This document shows, in pieces, positions 19,049-28,211 of a stretch of DNA of 38,421 nucleotides. This stretch comes from Candidatus Nomurabacteria bacterium (GTDB lineage Bacteria > Patescibacteriota > Minisyncoccia > Phycocordibacterales > UBA5272): assembly GCA_943354975.1 (NCBI GenBank), contig CALRDS010000002.1, positions 1-38,421 of the forward strand. The letters are read 5' to 3'. A program made the translations under genes and the position numbers. The notes beneath the pieces are model-generated. The model saw nothing but the letters and a program-made list of their open reading frames with translations. It did not search any database and was not told where the DNA came from. Position 1 is the first letter of the stretch, and the number at the start of each line of letters is the position of its first letter.

Positions 19049-20374
19049 TTATTTATACCTTTCTAAAATTTTTACAAACTCATCATTACGTTCGTACTCG
19101 TTATTAAAATATTTACTAAATGAAACAAAACCTGGACTAAAAAGTATAATATCTCCTTCTTTTGCTAATTCAAATGCTTTATTAACACAATCTGATAATT
19201 TCTCATATTCATGTTCTTTTTCTATATCGAGTCTAGATGTGCCAGCACCTGAAAGATATATAACTTCACTTGTTTTTTCCTTAATCATATTTTCAAGCTC
19301 TGTAACTGATAATCCTTTGTCTCCACCACCTAAAATAACTATTGGTTTTCTATTATAAGTTTCTTCAATACTTTTTATCGCAATAACTGTAGCATCCGGT
19401 GTCGTGGCATTATTATCGTTAAAAATCCTAACTCCTTTATGAATACCCATATCCTGCAATCTCCCCTCCACAGCATTAAATGTACTCATGGCATTTCTAA
19501 TGCTTTCATCATCTAATCCACACTGTGATGCCACTTCATAAGCAAGCGAAGCGAGAATTTGATTGTGTTTTCCAAGTAATGGAATCTTAAATTCTTGTTC
19601 ATTTGTAACATTTACATTCGTTTTTTTATCCCTCTTTAATATTTCATCACGAGCTTGTACACTTGCAATTAAAACATCTTCCTTTTTCTGAAAACGATAA
19701 ATATTTGCCTTATCATTAAAATATCTTTCCTTATCATCCTTATAATAATTCATGTGGTCATTGAGTAAGTTCGTAAACACTGAAATATGGGGAGAGACCT
19801 TCATTTCACCAAACCCCTGCAACTGCCAACTGTCTAATTCCAAAACTAAATAATCTCCATCTTCGATATCTTTTAGAATTGGAAGATTTGCTACTCCTCT
19901 AATATTTCCTCCGACCAAAACTCGCATATTATTTGCTTTCAAAATATGCGCAATCATCTGAGTGGTTGTACTTTTTCCACGAGTACCAGTGATCCCAATA
20001 ATCACGACGTTAGGAAGATTTTTCATAATAATGTCACATAAAAGTGAAGCAGACATACACACCGGCACATTATTTTTCTTCGCATGCATTATATATTCAC
20101 TATCAAACGGTACTCCTGCTGCTTCTAGAATAAAATCCCTATTTTCAAAATCCCCTAACCTATGCTCTCCAAACACATATCTAATATCTTTGTATGAATT
20201 TAAGGACTCCAAAGAAGAAGAAAGCTGCTCTTTAGATTTTTTATCAGTTACAATTATATTCGCTTCATTTTCTGCGAGAAACAAAGTGTCCCCAAGTCCG
20301 CGCCCTAACAAACCAAGCCCCATAACTGTAACCTTTTTGTCTTTGAAATATGGTAAATAAATTTCTTTTTTCAT
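19049..20374 (-). CDS. murD: UDP-N-acetylmuramoylalanine--D-glutamate ligase
   Basis: Rossmann-like N-terminus VMGLGLLGRG, Mur ligase P-loop GITGTRGKSTT, and 441 aa. Its ATGA start/stop overlaps murC. Confidence 0.88.
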   Translation of the reverse strand: MKKEIYLPYFKDKKVTVMGLGLLGRGLGDTLFLAENEANIIVTDKKSKEQLSSSLESLNSYKDIRYVFGEHRLGDFENRDFILEAAGVPFDSEYIMHAKKNNVPVCMSASLLCDIIMKNLPNVVIIGITGTRGKSTTTQMIAHILKANNMRVLVGGNIRGVANLPILKDIEDGDYLVLELDSWQLQGFGEMKVSPHISVFTNLLNDHMNYYKDDKERYFNDKANIYRFQKKEDVLIASVQARDEILKRDKKTNVNVTNEQEFKIPLLGKHNQILASLAYEVASQCGLDDESIRNAMSTFNAVEGRLQDMGIHKGVRIFNDNNATTPDATVIAIKSIEETYNRKPIVILGGGDKGLSVTELENMIKEKTSEVIYLSGAGTSRLDIEKEHEYEKLSDCVNKAFELAKEGDIILFSPGFVSFSKYFNNEYERNDEFVKILERYK

Positions 20375-21630
20375 GAGAATTTTATTTTATTTAATTGTAT
20401 ATATGCATCTCCTGCACCGATATTTACCACGATAGCTTTTGTGTCATTTATAGCTTCAATTGCTAAAGGTAAATCAGATACTGAGACAATTGATTCTGCA
20501 TGACCCCTTGAAGAATTTATTCTTTCTACAAGAGTGGTGGACTTCGTGCCGTCATCTATTTCTCTAGCCGCATAAATCGGCATAATATAAACCCTATCAA
20601 CTTTCGATAAAACTTTTACAAATTCATCCATAAATATTTTTGTACGAGAATACAAATGTGGTTGGAAAAATACATGCAGCGTATATTCACCTTTTGGATA
20701 TTTACTGCGCAGTGCTTCAAACGTAGCATTTAATTCTGTCGGATGATGTCCATAATCATCATAAACCACTACTCCATTTGAAGTTTTACCTTTGTATTCT
20801 AATCTGCGCCATGTACCTTTGAATTCTTTAATCCCCTTCCTAGCTTTAATTTCATCAAGACCAAGCTTTTGAATTAAAGCAATGACTAATTGTGCATTTA
20901 ACTTATTGTGATCTCCAAATACAGATAACTCTATACTTTCTTTGTCCACTGAATCTCCATTAACACTTTCCCCAACCGTTTTCAAAGTTACATCCTGATG
21001 TGTCACTAGACAACCATACACAGGAATTTTATCTACAAAAGATTGAAACGCGCTTTTTATATCATCTAAATCTTTATAATAATCTAAATGATCAGCATCA
21101 ATATTTGTAACTAATACGTGGATTGGGTGAAGATTTAAAAATGAACGTTTGTACTCACAAGCCTCCACCACCATCCAATCATTATCTCCTGGGATAAAGT
21201 TTGTCCCCACACCAGAGAGCAAACTTCCGATAATAACTGTTGGATTAATACCACATTCTTTAAGCGCATGGTACATCATGGCTGTGGTTGTAGTCTTTCC
21301 ATGAGTACCAGATACCGCGATGGTTTTCTTTTCTTTAGTGATTTCACCGAGCGCTTCTGGATATGTTTTACAAGTTATGCCAATACTCTTAGCATAAGCA
21401 AGTTCTTGATGATCTGTGGGAATAGCTACGGTATATACGACCATATCAGTACCACGCACAATATTGTTTGAATCAGTGCCTATCTTTACAGAAATCCCTT
21501 CCTTTATAAGCATGTGAATTAATTCAGAATCTGTTTGGTCAGAACCAGATACATCATGTCCTTGATGTTTGTAATATCTGGCGAGCGCCGATATTCCTAT
21601 TCCTCCAATTCCAATACAAAATATTTTCAT
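20371..21630 (-). CDS. murC: UDP-N-acetylmuramate--L-alanine ligase
   Basis: IGIGGIGISALARYYKHQGHDVSGSD is a MurC-type N-terminus. Also GTHGKTTTT and DDYGHHPTE. Confidence 0.92.
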   Translation of the reverse strand: MKIFCIGIGGIGISALARYYKHQGHDVSGSDQTDSELIHMLIKEGISVKIGTDSNNIVRGTDMVVYTVAIPTDHQELAYAKSIGITCKTYPEALGEITKEKKTIAVSGTHGKTTTTAMMYHALKECGINPTVIIGSLLSGVGTNFIPGDNDWMVVEACEYKRSFLNLHPIHVLVTNIDADHLDYYKDLDDIKSAFQSFVDKIPVYGCLVTHQDVTLKTVGESVNGDSVDKESIELSVFGDHNKLNAQLVIALIQKLGLDEIKARKGIKEFKGTWRRLEYKGKTSNGVVVYDDYGHHPTELNATFEALRSKYPKGEYTLHVFFQPHLYSRTKIFMDEFVKVLSKVDRVYIMPIYAAREIDDGTKSTTLVERINSSRGHAESIVSVSDLPLAIEAINDTKAIVVNIGAGDAYIQLNKIKFS

Positions 21631-21632
21631 AA

Positions 21633-23555
21633 TTAACGTATTTCAAATCCCTTAGACTTAAACAGTTCGTAATACGGTTCCATCATTTTATTTACTTCTT
21701 CATCAGTTAAAGTCCTATCGCTTGCTTGGAAGACTAAACGAAATGCATACGAAGTTCTTTTTACACCCTCTTTTTCTTTTGAAAAAGTATCAAAAAGATC
21801 AATACGATTAATAAGGTGATTGTGTATTTCAAGAGTAAGATTATGGATATCTTCCCATGTGATATTATCAGGTACCCACATAGCAATATCACGGGCAACA
21901 AACGGATAAGGCGGTATTGATTTGTAACTAACCACAGGTAGGTTCGAGAATGTTGTAGGCTCATAGGTATTTGGTTCTTTTAGTGTATCAATGAGAGAAT
22001 CAAAATCAATCTCTACAACATGTGGCTTAGCAGACACGGTGTTTCCGTGAAGATCTTCTACTCCTAGAGTGCGTTTTATTTCTGCCAACACTAGGCTAGA
22101 CTCTTGGCTAAAATTCGTTTTGTGATTACTATCATCTAATGCTATAGCTAAATGAAACTCTTCAGCTTCTTTAGTAAACACATTTCCAAATTCAAAAATC
22201 TTAATCGTGTCTTGGCCAAGTAGCGGCGCATTATAAAGATTAAGTGAAAGTGCAGAAGTTATACCCTCTCCTAAACTAGAACGTAATTTTTCTTTATCTG
22301 TTGCTGTGCCCTTTACCAATTCGACGATGCCAGAATTACCAAAAGTATAAGTTATTACTTCAGAGAAACCGTTTGTGATTAATATTTCTCTCACTTTATT
22401 CGCATAATAAGTACGCTTATTTAGAATTCCTTGTCTATTTAATTTTGGAAGTACTGGGACTAATTTTTCGTATCCTATAATTCTCCCTATTTCTTCTGCA
22501 ACATCTTCTTTTATACGAATATCTAATCGTTCAGATGGAACCTCTATGAAATAATTATCTGCCTCATTTGAAACAATGTTAAATGCCAGTCTCTTTAGTG
22601 TATCTACTATATCTCTACTAGTATAATTTGCTCCAAGGATTTTATTTATTTCATTAAGAGAAAACCTGACTTTACCTGGTAAATCTTTATTTGGATAAAT
22701 ATCTACTCCAGCACTTGCTTTTGCATCAGGACAAATCTCCTTTATCAAGTTCGCGGTCATGTGCAAGCCCTCTTCGATTAAAGAATTTGCAATTCCATTT
22801 TCAAAACGCTTAGATGCATCTGTACGTATATCATAAGCCTGGGAAGTTTTACGAATCAAGGTTGGAGAAAAATTAGCACTCTCTAAAATCACACTGGTAG
22901 TATCTGACTTTATACCGCTAAACTTTCCTCCTTTTATTCCAGCCAACCCTAAAACCTTTTCATCGTCTGTTATTACTAAGGTTTTCTCATCTAATTTAAG
23001 TTCTTTATCATCCAGTGTAGTGAGGGACTCACTTGCTTTGGCGAATCTCGCGTGCAGAGTGCCTTTGATACTTCTGGCATCATAGGCATGCATCGGTTTA
23101 TTAAGCGAAAACTGTACATAGTTAGTGATATCTACAATATTGTTTATACTTCTTTGACCTATTGATTCTAATCTCTTTTTTAACCAATCTGGACTGTCTC
23201 CCACAGTTATTTCATCGATACGTATACTCATAAATCTAGTACAAGATTGTGCATCATCGATAGCTACAACTGGTGTAGTTATTGTAGGACTTAAAAAAGA
23301 ATCATTTTTTAGTATTCGTAAATCTTCTTTAAATGTATACGCGAAGTCAGCCACGATTTCGCGCGCCATACCACGGTGACCGAATGCATCATGCGCACGA
23401 TTCGGAAGTACTTTTATATCATAAATAGTATCGCCGCTAACTGGTATAACTTCTTCTACTTCAAAAGCTTTCTTATTAAGCGCGTCTTTAATAGCCGCAT
23501 CTTCTGGAAGAATTTCAACAATATAATCTTGTAACCATGATTTTAGGAATTTCAT
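21633..23555 (-). CDS. pheT: phenylalanine--tRNA ligase beta subunit, lacking the OB tRNA-binding domain
   Basis: MKFLKSWLQDYI is a PheT N-terminus. The sequence then jumps directly to ..DIKVLPNRAHDAFGHRGMAREI (B3/4 region). B5 and the C-terminal FDX-ACB-like region are present. Length is 640 aa against about 795 typical. Confidence 0.92.
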   Translation of the reverse strand: MKFLKSWLQDYIVEILPEDAAIKDALNKKAFEVEEVIPVSGDTIYDIKVLPNRAHDAFGHRGMAREIVADFAYTFKEDLRILKNDSFLSPTITTPVVAIDDAQSCTRFMSIRIDEITVGDSPDWLKKRLESIGQRSINNIVDITNYVQFSLNKPMHAYDARSIKGTLHARFAKASESLTTLDDKELKLDEKTLVITDDEKVLGLAGIKGGKFSGIKSDTTSVILESANFSPTLIRKTSQAYDIRTDASKRFENGIANSLIEEGLHMTANLIKEICPDAKASAGVDIYPNKDLPGKVRFSLNEINKILGANYTSRDIVDTLKRLAFNIVSNEADNYFIEVPSERLDIRIKEDVAEEIGRIIGYEKLVPVLPKLNRQGILNKRTYYANKVREILITNGFSEVITYTFGNSGIVELVKGTATDKEKLRSSLGEGITSALSLNLYNAPLLGQDTIKIFEFGNVFTKEAEEFHLAIALDDSNHKTNFSQESSLVLAEIKRTLGVEDLHGNTVSAKPHVVEIDFDSLIDTLKEPNTYEPTTFSNLPVVSYKSIPPYPFVARDIAMWVPDNITWEDIHNLTLEIHNHLINRIDLFDTFSKEKEGVKRTSYAFRLVFQASDRTLTDEEVNKMMEPYYELFKSKGFEIR

Positions 23556-23559
23556 ATAT

Positions 23560-24321
23560 TTAAAATTGATTTACTAAACGCAAATCACCGTTATACAAAA
23601 GTCGAACATCATCTATTCCGTATTTAAGCATTAACATTCTGTCTATTCCACAACCAAATGCAAACCCACGATACTCTTTAGAATCAATACCACTTGCGTC
23701 TAATACTTTTGGATGCACCATTCCAGCACCGCCTATTTCTATCCATCCTGTTTGTTTACAAATATTACAACCAGTACCTGCACACTTAAAACACTGCATA
23801 TCTATTTCATTTCCTGGTTCAACAAACGGAAAATAACTCGAACGAAGACGAATCGTTAAATTACTTCCAAAAAATTCTGAGAAAAACTTTTCGATAATTC
23901 CTATCATCATCGCAAGCGAAGCGTCTTTGGCAACATACAACATTTCCACCTGATGAAACTGTGCTTCATGAGTAGCATCTGTTGCTTCATTGCGAAACAC
24001 TTTTCCAGGACAACAAATTGCGATTGGAAATTCTTTTCCTTCTCTTACATACTTTTCCATAGTATGAATTTGCAGATTACTGGTGTGAGTTCTAAGGACA
24101 TAGCCTGAATCCTCACCATCTTTATTTTTTGTTTTTCTATCTTTTATCCAAAAAGTATCTTGCATGTCACGAGATGGGTGATCGGCTGGGATATTTAGCG
24201 CGTCGAAATTATGCCATTCATCTTCGAGTTCTGGACCATCTACTGTATCAAAACCCATCTTTGAAAAGATGTCGGAAATCTTAGCAATTGCAAGGGTTAT
24301 TGGATGCGTATGACCTTTCAT
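23560..24321 (-). CDS. pheS: phenylalanine--tRNA ligase alpha subunit, catalytic core only
   Basis: HPITLAIAKISDIFSKMGF, PADHPSRDMQDTFW, LRTHTS, and FRNEATDATHEAQFHQVE (class II motifs). ATG 24321 is preferred because it lies 8 nt after TGTTACAAT (extended -10); the track start at 24339 is also possible. Confidence 0.92.
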   Translation of the reverse strand: MKGHTHPITLAIAKISDIFSKMGFDTVDGPELEDEWHNFDALNIPADHPSRDMQDTFWIKDRKTKNKDGEDSGYVLRTHTSNLQIHTMEKYVREGKEFPIAICCPGKVFRNEATDATHEAQFHQVEMLYVAKDASLAMMIGIIEKFFSEFFGSNLTIRLRSSYFPFVEPGNEIDMQCFKCAGTGCNICKQTGWIEIGGAGMVHPKVLDASGIDSKEYRGFAFGCGIDRMLMLKYGIDDVRLLYNGDLRLVNQF

Positions 24322-24414
24322 AAAACTACATTGTAACATATTTGACTGTATGTTAGTGTTAGTGTCAAAGTACGTTGAATATACCTACAACGAATTCATA
24401 AGGAGGTAGACAAA

Positions 24415-25008
24415 ATGAAAGCCTACGAAAACAGAGCTGCGAAAAGAAATCGTTTAAAAGCACGAGGTCAGGATTTTTCAGGTCAACTTACATCAAATCC
24501 GGAAGACCAGGATTCAACTCCGGTGATCGTTCCGAAAAAGATCGTTGACAAGGAAAATGCGCTGAGGGGATTGATTTCCTTTCTCACGATTCCGTACAGG
24601 AAGAGACAACTGATCATGCTATCAGTTATAGAGTGGTTATTCCTACCATTGTGTGTGTTCGTTGCCATCTTTTCAATTCCAGTAATACGTATTGATCAAA
24701 AAATCAACTCGCTAAAAAATTCTGACGACAACGATCGTTCACTCATCCTTATTTTCTTCATGTCCATAGGTCTGATCGGCTACGGATACATAACCCTAGC
24801 ATTGCCACGTTGGTATTCCACTGGAGAAAATCCCTTCAATGATACCTGGAAATTCTCTAACTTCTTCCTTGCATCTTTTTTCACAACAGTGTATTTCTTC
24901 TTATTACTGTGGTGCGGGACTGGAATACAAGTGGAAAGATCTTTGAGATTTTGGAACTTCCCATCAACGGTAATTTTCCGTTGGTTCGAAAAAATCTTAG
25001 AGGAATAG
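24415..25008 (+). CDS. hypothetical membrane protein (197 aa, 3-4 TM)
   Basis: Strong SD AAGGAGG-tagacaaa-ATG. Basic/polar N-terminus followed by TM helices. GC-elevated (47% in line 24541-24600). Opposite orientation to its neighbours. Confidence 0.6.
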   Translation: MKAYENRAAKRNRLKARGQDFSGQLTSNPEDQDSTPVIVPKKIVDKENALRGLISFLTIPYRKRQLIMLSVIEWLFLPLCVFVAIFSIPVIRIDQKINSLKNSDDNDRSLILIFFMSIGLIGYGYITLALPRWYSTGENPFNDTWKFSNFFLASFFTTVYFFLLLWCGTGIQVERSLRFWNFPSTVIFRWFEKILEE

Positions 25009-25023
25009 ATGAACCACCCGACT

Positions 25024-25049
25024 AAAAACCCTGCTCATCACAGGGTTTT
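25024..25049. terminator. bidirectional terminator between convergent genes
   Basis: AAAAACCCTG-ctcatca-CAGGGTTTT. It overlaps the GT2 stop codon. Confidence 0.6.
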
Positions 25050-26331
25050 AATTTTCAAAATTTTGTTTAAATTCTTTTGTATCTTGAAGAATCCAATCAT
25101 TTTTCCTATGAAAGAAAGTATCGATGATCGCACGACCAAAAAAAAATGGAATAAACAATGGATACACTACAAAAAATATCGGGAAATTTCTATAAAATTC
25201 TTGACTATCATCAGAAAGAGTATTGCCTATATAAAGGACTACTAAAAATATTGTAAGCATGAGCATAATTATAAATGACATAACTGTCGTATTAAAATAA
25301 AAAATATCAAAGTTTGGCATACGCAAATGAACCCCAACAGCTAGCCATCTTTGAATTGTATTTACAATACTAGAAACCATAACATATATAGAAAAAATAG
25401 AAGCATAAAATCCATAAAAAACAAAAAGGAAAGCCATAGGTAGAGTAAACATTCCAAAATTTCCATATTCTTTTTTAAAAAATAATTCTTTATAGTCAAT
25501 TGCGTTTTCCAAAAACCCACGCGCCCAACGCAATCTTTGATGGAAAAATCCTTTAGGGGTATCTGGGCCAACTGTATAAACGAGAGCTTTGTGAGAATTT
25601 GCAATTTTCAAATGTGCCTTATGCATACGAAGTGTAATTTCAAAATCTTCAGTATTATGGGCTTTTCTGTATTCCCCTATTTGATTAAAAACTTCTTTTC
25701 TAAAAATTGAAAATGGTCCCGGAGTAACTTGTATTGCATCAAGTTCACCGTAAGTTTTACGTAAAAATACTCCCATCAAATATTCAATAGCTTGCATTCT
25801 TTGTATAAAAGTTCTTGGATCACGGATATGAATACATGGAGTAACTGCCATCACTTTAGAAGTATTTTCAAAATATGAAATGATAGTTTTTAGAGTTTGT
25901 GGAGTAACGGAAGAATCCGCGTCGAGACATCCGAAAAAGTCCGATGTGGATTTTTCAAGTGCAAGGTTAACTGCGTGGTGCTTCCCCTGCTTTATCTCCT
26001 TGTAAACTTTCACTATTTCAGGATTGTTATATTCATATATTTCTCCTATAGAATAAGTTCTATCTTTACTATTATTATCCACTACTATTATTTTTAATTT
26101 ATCTTTAGGGTAATCGAGTGCTAATAATGAATCTAACGTAGCAGCAAGGGTTCCTTCTTCATTCCAGCAAGGTACAGCAACAGTTACTGTTGGATAATTG
26201 ATTATTGTATTTTGTTCCTCTTTCTTCATCTTCTTTTTATTTTCAAAAAAAGAAGTAAGCAAAAACACTTGAAAATAAAGAGACAAAAACATAAATGGAT
26301 ACATTAAACCTTGAAGAATTTGATCTAACAT
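25048..26331 (-). CDS. processive family-2 glycosyltransferase (PgaC/IcaA/NodC/CesA-like beta-glycan synthase)
   Basis: An N-terminal TM, then a GT-A core with DNNSKD, LDADS, TEDFEIT and the processive motif QRLRWARG, followed by about 4 C-terminal TM helices. 427 aa. Confidence 0.85.
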   Translation of the reverse strand: MLDQILQGLMYPFMFLSLYFQVFLLTSFFENKKKMKKEEQNTIINYPTVTVAVPCWNEEGTLAATLDSLLALDYPKDKLKIIVVDNNSKDRTYSIGEIYEYNNPEIVKVYKEIKQGKHHAVNLALEKSTSDFFGCLDADSSVTPQTLKTIISYFENTSKVMAVTPCIHIRDPRTFIQRMQAIEYLMGVFLRKTYGELDAIQVTPGPFSIFRKEVFNQIGEYRKAHNTEDFEITLRMHKAHLKIANSHKALVYTVGPDTPKGFFHQRLRWARGFLENAIDYKELFFKKEYGNFGMFTLPMAFLFVFYGFYASIFSIYVMVSSIVNTIQRWLAVGVHLRMPNFDIFYFNTTVMSFIIMLMLTIFLVVLYIGNTLSDDSQEFYRNFPIFFVVYPLFIPFFFGRAIIDTFFHRKNDWILQDTKEFKQNFEN

Positions 26332-26338
26332 AGAAAAA

Positions 26339-27091
26339 TTAATACTGACTCCCTCCAGTTGTTGTTGCTGTAGTGCTAGTACTTGTAGCTTTTGTCGGAA
26401 TTATTTTAGGGACTAATATCTTTTTTATTATTGGAGTAGAAGATACTACTTTTAAAGTACTTGGCAAAAGTTTTTCTAATTCTTCAACTGATTTAAACCC
26501 AGTATAAGTTTTATCCTCTATCACAAGTGCAGGTAACGACGACTTTACGCGATAGATAGTTTTCATAGAATCAACTGCTGTGAGCGATAGATTATAATCA
26601 AAAGAGTACACTCTCAAGTCTGGATATATTTCTTTCAAACGTGTTAGGACAAATCCTTCTTTTTCACAATCAGCACAGTCTCCTAAGTTTGAGTAAAAGT
26701 AAATTATGAAAACGGGCTTCTTTGCTGGACCACACTTCTCTGCTAATTTCTTTGAAAGAATATAATCCTTTATTTCAAGCAGTGAGTAATATTTCTTCAA
26801 ATATAAAATGTCTTCGTCTGTCGCACCGCGCTCATTTTCTGTACGAGAAAGTTTATCCCCTAGAGCATTAAGTTCAGGAGATAAAACACTGTCACTCACA
26901 TTTCCACATGGCACTTCTTTTAGTAAATCAAACTGCGTCTCGCTTGAAAGAATGTCTATAGCAATGTTATCTTGAATCGACTTTACATTTTCTACACGCT
27001 TGTCTGAGAAAAAGGTTGACGCAAAAAAAGCAGTTGCAAAGATTGCAGTGGTGATTACAAACGCAAAGATGTACTTTTTTGTTTCAAACAT
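26339..27091 (-). CDS. membrane-anchored thioredoxin-fold-like protein with CxxC
   Basis: TM anchor YIFAFVITTAIFATAFFA. PVFIIYFYSNLGDCADCEKEG (CxxC) and a later LPALVIED (cis-Pro-like) fit a Trx fold. S/T-rich tail. ATG 27091 is preferred over the TTG at 27115. Confidence 0.5.
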   Translation of the reverse strand: MFETKKYIFAFVITTAIFATAFFASTFFSDKRVENVKSIQDNIAIDILSSETQFDLLKEVPCGNVSDSVLSPELNALGDKLSRTENERGATDEDILYLKKYYSLLEIKDYILSKKLAEKCGPAKKPVFIIYFYSNLGDCADCEKEGFVLTRLKEIYPDLRVYSFDYNLSLTAVDSMKTIYRVKSSLPALVIEDKTYTGFKSVEELEKLLPSTLKVVSSTPIIKKILVPKIIPTKATSTSTTATTTGGSQY

Positions 27092-27126
27092 AATTGTACT
27101 CACTAAAGCGCTCAAAGCGATTAGGG

Positions 27127-27199
27127 AGCCAGAACTCGGATTCGAACCGAGGACCTACGGTTTACAAAACCGTTGCTCTACCAACTGAGCTATTCTGGC
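27127..27199 (-). tRNA. tRNA-Thr (anticodon UGU)
   Basis: Reverse complement: GCCAGAATAGCTCAGTTGGTAGAGCAACGGTTTTGTAAACCGTAGGTCCTCGGTTCGAATCCGAGTTCTGGCT. Anticodon arm is ACGGT-TTTGTAA-ACCGT, giving a canonical cloverleaf. Confidence 0.92.
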
Positions 27200-27271
27200 T
27201 TATTTCAATAGTGTTTTTAGCACTGAGAACGTCTTTTATCCTACCATTTTTGGGTGATTTTGTCACCTAAT

Positions 27272-27670
27272 TTATTTGTCTTCTTTACTTTCTTTTTCCT
27301 TATCCATCTCCTGCTTATAAACCTTCAAATGCTCCCAAAAATGCGGTACCGTACCGCGATTCTGTACAGCATTTTTCACGAACCAATTTCGTGATTTTGC
27401 ATACAACTTCGAAGACCATACATCCACGTGGCGCATGCCTATCACCATCAGATGAAATACATACTGTGAGATGAACTTACGCACATACACACTTCTCTTT
27501 AAACCAAGACGAATTATCGCATGAAGTGCGGCAGAGACTTGTGCTGGGCCATCGTAGTTTTCTTCAACTACGATTAAACCTTTTTCAATTCTGTAATTTT
27601 GTAATACAAGGATAGACCCTGCCGCGATTGCGGCTAGTATTCCACTTAAAACTAAAAGGAGTACTAGCAT
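27272..27670 (-). CDS. hypothetical membrane-anchored protein (132 aa)
   Basis: N-terminal TM MLVLLLVLSGILAAIAAGSILVL. Lies 12 nt downstream of tsf and is probably co-transcribed. Confidence 0.55.
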   Translation of the reverse strand: MLVLLLVLSGILAAIAAGSILVLQNYRIEKGLIVVEENYDGPAQVSAALHAIIRLGLKRSVYVRKFISQYVFHLMVIGMRHVDVWSSKLYAKSRNWFVKNAVQNRGTVPHFWEHLKVYKQEMDKEKESKEDK

Positions 27671-27682
27671 ATTTGTGTTTGG

Positions 27683-28153
27683 TTATTTGATACTATAACG
27701 AGTGAATTTTATTACTTTTGTATTCTCACCAAACTTTTGTACTGCAGCCTGAATTCTTTGCTCTACAGTAATCGTTGGATCTTTTATAAATGATTGCTTC
27801 ATGAGTGCTGTCTCTTCCCCTAATCCATCTTCATTATTTATCGATGTAGGAGACATAGCGCAAATATGCATCGAAATATCGTGAGCCAGAGATTTGAACT
27901 CTTCATTTTTTGCAACGAAGTCAGTTTCACATCCAAGTTCTAGTAATACTCCGATGCCACCGGATGCATGAATATACGCATCAACTATTCCAGAGCCGAG
28001 TTCACGGTCTGATTTCTTTTCTGCTTGTACAGCGGAAAATTCTGAAAGCACGGCACGTGCCTTTTCTTTATCTCCTCCTGCTTCATCAAGAGCTTTCTTG
28101 ATTTGTGCAAATGAGAGACCCGTCTCTTCACGAAGTTCTTTTATTGTGTCCAT
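27683..28153 (-). CDS. tsf: elongation factor Ts (short form, 156 aa)
   Basis: UBA-like N-terminus IKELREETGLSFAQIKKALDEAGGDKEKARAVL, then ..IVDAYIHASGGIGVLLELGCETDFVAKNEEF. Confidence 0.9.
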   Translation of the reverse strand: MDTIKELREETGLSFAQIKKALDEAGGDKEKARAVLSEFSAVQAEKKSDRELGSGIVDAYIHASGGIGVLLELGCETDFVAKNEEFKSLAHDISMHICAMSPTSINNEDGLGEETALMKQSFIKDPTITVEQRIQAAVQKFGENTKVIKFTRYSIK

Positions 28154-28211
28154 AATTAGGTAGTTTTTAGTTTACAGTTGTCAGTTTATAGTAAATGCAA
28201 GATGCAAAATA

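Noticed and set aside
19962-20360. 132-aa plus-strand ORF inside murD, and similar ORFs at 21268-21471, 25897-26097, 30440-30885 and 33867-34382
   Set aside because: All are antisense to, or embedded in, strongly supported genes, with hydrophobic or low-complexity translations. Shadow ORFs.
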